Below, piece after piece: positions 58,635-64,000 of a DNA stretch of 64,000 bases. The notes beneath the pieces were generated by a model. That model ran no database searches and was not told the DNA's origin. It worked only from the letters and a program-made list of their open reading frames with translations. The stretch is from Thecamonas trahens ATCC 50062 (Eukaryota; Protista; Apusomonadida), in contig NW_013657629.1 in NCBI RefSeq assembly GCF_000142905.1, positions 1-64,000 on the forward strand. The letters run 5' to 3'. Each line of letters opens with the position of its first letter. Within the stretch, counting starts at the first letter, position 1. Both the position numbers and the translations under genes were made by a program.

Positions 58635-60799
58635 ATGCCTTCAATCGGCCTCGCTGTCGCAGGCCTCGTCGGACTTGTTGCCATCGTCGTCGTGGTCCAT
58701 CGCCAGCCCGTCCTCCTCTCGCCTCCTCCCCCGTCCCCTCCCACGACAAACAATGATGCTCCCTGTGCCCACATCATCCTCCCGCCTCTCTTCCCCTTCA
58801 GCATCCGCCGCACTTTGTTCTCGACCCGAGCACCTGCGAGCTCATCGCTACGGCCTCGGCTCGACTGCCATCGTTTTCGGCCTCTTCGCCAGCCGATCGC
58901 CTCGCTCTCTCTACAGCTTCTCCTTCGCATGCACTCTCGCCGCCGCTGCTCGCCGCACTACGCGCCGCCGCTACGAATGGCTATCCCCTCGAGGCTCTCG
59001 CCGCCTACATCGCCCTCCTCGCGGCTCCGTCTGCCTCGAGTCCTACATCCGTTCCCGCCGATGGTCACGCCGCAGCTGCTCACATCATCGTCACCAAGAC
59101 TCGCTACGCATGGCCTGTCCTCGCTGCAACCATACCGCAACTGCTCGCGCCGTCATGCCTCGGCGCGCCGCCCGAGGTTGCCAAGGCGAGCTACGAGGCG
59201 CTGAGTTCTGCGGTGCCCGTGGGGCTAGACAAGGAGCTACCGACCCTTTCAGACTACCTACGTGGGTATGCGGCTGCAGCTGCATATGCGCAACCTGCTG
59301 CGGCCACTGGTGAGGCTGTGGTGCCTCTACTCCTTGCGCTAGGTACCCATGCTCCTCTCGCCTGGTCTCACCTCGAGCTACGCGACACGGCTTCGCGACT
59401 CGCCGTGGGAGCCACTCTCGCCGGCCATCCGCTCACCGTCTCCTTTGGCCGACTCTCATCGTTTGATGCTCTTGCTCGATTTGGCATGCTCTTGCCGTCT
59501 GTCCATCCGCTGGGCCGCTACGCTCCGCAGCCCTCGTTCTCTCGCCTCCCGCCGCATCGTCTTCTGGCTGATGCTGTCGCATGGCTGGCCCTGCCGGGCA
59601 TCGAGCACGAGCTTGTCTACCTGCCTCAGAGCACAACGAGCGAGAAGCTCCTGCCGTACGCCTTGTCGCCAGCTGCCCGATCGCCAGCCCGGTTGCGGTC
59701 CATGGCCGTGGGCATTACCCCCTGCCAAGACGGTGACGGCGACGAGGGCCGTGGTGGCGACACCTTCAGTCGCGAACTCGTCTGTCATGCTCGGGCCGTG
59801 GCCTCGGTTGTCATCGCCCGTAACATCGGTATGCTTGCTGCCGAGCGCGCTCTTCGTAACCTCGCTCAGAGCCGCCTTCTCCTCGTCCCGCATCCTCCGC
59901 TGGGCGCGTACCTCTTTGCCTCGCTGCAGGTCGATCTGCTCGGTCAAAACGCTGTGGACGATGCTGTCGCCGCATTGCAGCGGTACGGCCTCATTGTACT
60001 TCGTTCTGCCTCGGTCATCGACGACCCGAGCCATGTTGCGTTCATGGAGCTTGTCCACCGCCGGATGCGCGGCGGTGAGCCCGGCGAGCGGAGCGGCAGT
60101 GCCGAGTCGTTCCGTGACGCGGTGACCGGCAGTATGAGCCCAGTTCTCCGCGTCTCTAACTCGGCGGCTCATGGCAAGACCGGCGTCGGCTCGTACTGGC
60201 ACACCGACGGTTCGATGCGGAGCGTGCCGTCGGATCTCTCGTCGTGGCGTGTGGTGTCTCTCCCCGACGACGGTTCGGGCGACACGCTCTTCCTCAACCT
60301 CACCGCTGCCGCTGCTGCGCTGCCGCCTCATCTGGCCGCTGATCTTGCACACGTGTGGGCCGTGAGTCGGTCCGGGGCTGCCCGCCGAGTCTTGGCCCGC
60401 CACCCGATCACCGGCGCGCCGACCATCCACCTCAACGCTGCTGGCGTCACCGTCGCGCTTCTCCGTTCGCCCACGCCGCCAGCACCCGATGCCGACCTTA
60501 CAGACCTGCTGCTATCGCCGGCCGAGTCGGAGCGGATACTAGCGGATCTCGATGCCATCATGGCGAGCGATGACTACTCATATGTGCATCATTGGCAAGA
60601 GGGTGATCTCGTCATCGCCGACAACCACCTCGTGGCCCATCAGGCCACAGCCGCCTCCACCGCCTCGCTCCGCCTCCTCCATCGCGTCTCGGTTACCGGC
60701 TCGGTCGACTACGGCCTTCTCCAGCTCGACTTTGAGCCCGGAGACCTGGATCGCTATGCTCGGACAGTCGCTCACGGCGGGTATGTGGTGACTGGATGA
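58635..60799 (+). CDS. TauD/TfdA-family Fe(II)/2-oxoglutarate dioxygenase with N-terminal signal anchor and long N-terminal extension
   Basis: Motifs WHTDGS (HxD), GDTLF, RHPITG, HHWQEGDLVIADNHLVAH, RLLHRV. The frame is open upstream of 59213 to ~58760 and joins ATG 58635 (MPSIGLAVAGLVGLVAIVVVV) with a 1-nt correction near 58795. Confidence 0.8.
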
Positions 60800-60913
60800 T
60801 GGCTCCGCCCAGCTCGGCCGAGGTCTGTGCCAGGCGTGATGGGCGTGTGGTTATGGTTTTTGATAGTCGTAGCTGCAAACTCGACAAGATGTTGCAGCGC
60901 TATGCTGCTCTCG

Positions 60914-61462
60914 CTACAGGCTCTCCCAGGCCTCGGGGCTTGAACACGATGAGTCTGAATCGGTGGCCCAGATGGCCGGCGGGGCGTAGAACTGGCCGAG
61001 GCCGTCGTCATTGGTGTCCAGTTCGTCATCGTCGTCAGTATCAGCCTCGCTGTTGCAATCTTCATCAGCGTTGTTTTTGTCACGGATAGACGCGTGTACA
61101 CCGCGAACTGCATGCGCCATCGTCACGAGCAGGCTCACCCACGCCTCGATGCACTTGCTGGGCAAAGGAAAGTGGAGCTGCTGCTGGCCGAGCGGCGAGA
61201 AGCCGGCAATGAGGCTCTCCTTGGAGAGTAGAACACAGTAGGTGGCAAAGAGACCGAGCGCGGTACCAGAGAGGAGTTTGACATGTGGAGCAGGAGCGAC
61301 CCACTCGCGGATGTCCGTCTCGGAACTTTTGATGCTCACGATGGTGCCGAGCGCGTAGTGCGCCGACTCGGAGGCAGCTGAACCCATCAGCCGCAACGAC
61401 GCGGCCGCGGAAACCGCGCCTGCCACCGCTAGGATGAAGGCAAGGGCAATCGTGGACGACAT
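60914..61462 (-). CDS. Hypothetical membrane or secreted protein with acidic C-terminus
   Basis: ATG-initiated 182-aa ORF with a hydrophobic N-terminus and coding-like codon use. It fills the space between two clear genes. Confidence 0.55.
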   Translation of the reverse strand: MSSTIALAFILAVAGAVSAAASLRLMGSAASESAHYALGTIVSIKSSETDIREWVAPAPHVKLLSGTALGLFATYCVLLSKESLIAGFSPLGQQQLHFPLPSKCIEAWVSLLVTMAHAVRGVHASIRDKNNADEDCNSEADTDDDDELDTNDDGLGQFYAPPAIWATDSDSSCSSPEAWESL

Positions 61463-61714
61463 CTCCGTACTTGATGGGATTCAGAGAGAGGTGTACTGTC
61501 TTGGTCTCGCATCGCCTGCGCCCTGCCGAAAGTGCACCTGCATCGCCTCGCCGCCCGAGTCGCACAACGGGCCAAAGCGGTGACGTCGTCGGCACACTCG
61601 GCACACTCTGCGACGGCACACAAAGAGGGAATACAGGACAGATGCATGCAGATGAGATTTTTATCACAGAAAATGGTTGGTAGGTGCTCAGCATGGAGGG
61701 CGACGATCGGCGAG

Positions 61715-63939
61715 TTACTTCTTGCCCTTGCCCTTGCCCTTGCCCTTGCCCTTGCCCTTGCCCTTGGCGAGCCCTTCTTAGACGAACCCTTCTTGGACGG
61801 GCCCTTGCCCTTGGAGCCCTTGGAACCCTTGGAGCCCTTGGAGCCCTTGGAGCCCTTGGAGCCCTTGGAGCCCTTGGAGCCCTTGCCCTTGCCCTTGGCA
61901 GCCGGCTTGGGCTCGTCGACGTCAAAGAGCGATGAGTACGAGCGGTTCTTGCGGACGTTAATCTCGTCGACAATGGTGGCGACGGCCTCCTCGAGGCCGT
62001 GGTTGTCAAAGTAGTACGGATCCTCGATCTCGGGAACCTCAAAGTTCTCCGAGTCGACAAAGTACTCGACCGAAGGGGCGAACCACTTCAGGCGAGCACA
62101 GTAGCCGACGATGAGGCCGGAGAGCATGGCGTGAGCGAGGGTGATGACGAGGAATATGATCTGCATGGTGCCCTGGGCAATCATGGAGCAGTCCGACGAC
62201 GAGGTCGAGAACGAGGAGTAGTGCTGGGCGAGGGCCTCCTCGCCGCCAAACTTGTAGCACGAGGCCGACCAGGCGACAATGGCCGAGGCAATGCCGGAGA
62301 GGATGCCCGGGAGGCCGTGGAGGGCCTGGACACCGGCGGTGTCGTGGATGCCGAACCAGTTCTGGAGCTTGGGGAGGAAGACGACGTAGCCCGTGACCGA
62401 GATAATGGCACCAAGGGTGCCGACCAGGATGGCGGCGTAAGGCTCGATGGGCATGTTGGCGATGGAGCCAACGGCGACGCCGCCGGCGAGCACGGCGTTC
62501 TGGATGTGGACCATGTCGAAGCGCATGGTGTCGGAAAAGTACGACGAGGCGGCAAAGGCGGTGACAGCCGACGCCGAGATGGAGAGCACCGTGTTGACGA
62601 TGGTACGGTGGCGGAGGTCCTCGGCGGCCGGTGCGGCGTTGAACGACGGCCAGTAGAGCCAGAGGAAGACGGTGCCGATCATGGCAAACAGGTCCGACCG
62701 GTACGACGAGCCATTCTCCGAGCCCGGTGCCATAGCAGCCCGCGTGGTGAGCATGTACGACGCTGCCACGCCAAAGTACGCGCCAAAGACGTGGACCACC
62801 ATCGAGCCACCGACGTCGGCAATCTCGAGGTGGAGCCCAATCTCCTCGTTGACGGCAAAGAAGATAACCTCCCAAAAGGCCACAAAGAGCATCTGCAGCG
62901 GCGAGATCTTGCCCAGCAGCGCGCCAAACGAGATGAGGACGGCAGCGGCGGCAAAGTCGGCCACAAGCAGCTTGTTGATGTCGATGGCGACTTTGTGCGT
63001 AAAGCCGCCGTCAAAGACGTTCTCGAAAAAGCCTGAGACAAGAATGTGCCACTCGATGACAAAGGCGGCCACGAGGAGCGTGACCGAGACCGACGAGAAG
63101 CCGTACTTGCGGAGGTAGGTCATGAGGAAGCCAAAGCCAATGAAGATCATGACGTGGACGTCCTGGTAGAGTGGGTAGGTGTCAAGCTGGGCGTTCGGCT
63201 GGAGCTTGCCGTCCTGCAGCGCGAGGTCGCGGTCGGCGTCGTCGCCATAGGTGGCAAAGAGAGCAAAGAGCACAATGAGGACAACCTGGAGGACGGCGAG
63301 GGCCACGAAAAAGTGGTTCTGGTAGAACTTGTGGTGCTCGGCAGAGCCAGCGGCGCCGGCAAGCATGTCATACAGGCGGTTCGAGCCGGCGTGCGCCCGG
63401 TGGCGCTCGGCCTCGTCAAGCGGCGTGACACCAAAGATGTCCTTGTGCAGCGGGTCGGCGCCGGCCTTGAGCAGGAGCAGCGCAATGTCCTCCGAGCCGG
63501 CCACAACCGCGCGATGGAGCGGCGTCCGCCCACGCTCGTCGGTCACGTCGGCCTCGGTCCCACCGATGACCATCTCCTTGGCCGCCTCAAAGTCGCCCAG
63601 TGTAGCGGCATCGTGCAGCGTCTCAGCCTTGACCCGGTTCCGCGAGCCGCCGGCCTCCACAAGCAGCGCGTGGACCCGCTTCGACGAGTGCTGCAGCGCC
63701 TTGTCCAGCGGCGTGTACTTGCGCCGATCCTTGGCATTGACATTGGCCCCGTGCTTGAGCAACATCGACGCCAACGCGTAAAAGTCACCCTCGGCCGCAA
63801 TGTGCAGCCCCGTCCGCTCGTTCTTCCCATGCGCCGTGTTGACATCCACCTTGTTCTTCTGGATCATCCGGAGCGCACGCTCCTGGTCGCCACGCCGGCA
63901 CGCCTTGAAAAAGTCGTCGAGGTTGGCTGCAACCACCGT
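61715..63939 (-). CDS. Rh-type ammonium/gas channel with N-terminal ankyrin repeats and a Lys/Gly/Ser tail (5' end outside window)
   Basis: Ankyrin motifs RTGLHIAAEG, YTPLDKAL, TLHDAATLG, GRTPLHRAV, VTPLDEA. Rh motifs YQDVHVMIFIGFGFLMTYL, DVGGSMVVHVFGAYFG, FLWLYWPSFN, HIQNAVLAGGVAVG, HDTAGVQALHGLPG. Acceptor CAG at 63942-63940. Likely true stop is TAA 61715-61717 after a 1-nt correction at ~61768. Confidence 0.92.
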
Positions 63940-64000
63940 CTGTCGCCGCCACAGGAATCGTGATTGTGATCGCCATCATCGTCATCATCATCGTCACAAG

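Noticed and set aside
57110-59313. Long alternative-frame and antisense ORFs (456, 483, 607 aa)
   Set aside because: By-products of GC-rich tandem coding repeats lacking stops.
61429-61714. Rh ORF extension overlapping the downstream gene
   Set aside because: Artefact of a 1-nt frameshift in the KG repeat. An in-register TAA lies at 61715-61717.

Overview
GC-rich, gene-dense, intron-poor eukaryotic draft scaffold with nine N-gaps. Gene content, codon style and intron style fit a free-living unicellular amorphean protist such as an apusomonad; this is inference, not a database result. About 20 protein-coding genes can be supported. Left to right: a decayed ankyrin-repeat gene; a ~2,600-aa FG-GAP/beta-helix/Cys-rich/multi-TM surface receptor; peroxisomal ABCD transporter; PAQR protein; cyclic-nucleotide-gated channel with an EF-hand insert; Rab5; Cys-rich receptor cyclase; DECR2; TDP2-like EEP; cytochrome b5; RapGAP-CNH; FIGNL1; TADA1; ATP synthase epsilon (absent from the ORF track); two tandem GT61-like paralogs separated by a deleted hAT transposon with intact TIRs; Kelch protein; secreted catalase-like protein; MAT1; SH3-SH3/RG-rich protein; membrane-anchored TauD-family dioxygenase; a small hypothetical membrane protein; and an ankyrin-repeat/Rh ammonium-transporter fusion. 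Introns mostly use GTACG(C/T) donors. Several single-base frameshifts look like homopolymer under-calls. The most interesting signals are the ankyrin-Rh fusion, the CNG channel with a non-canonical filter and a centrin-like lobe inside CNBD2, two likely pseudo-enzymes (cyclase, RapGAP), and acceptor-like sites just upstream of several start codons, including one where co-oriented genes are only 24 nt apart. No rRNA, tRNA or CRISPR array was recognised.
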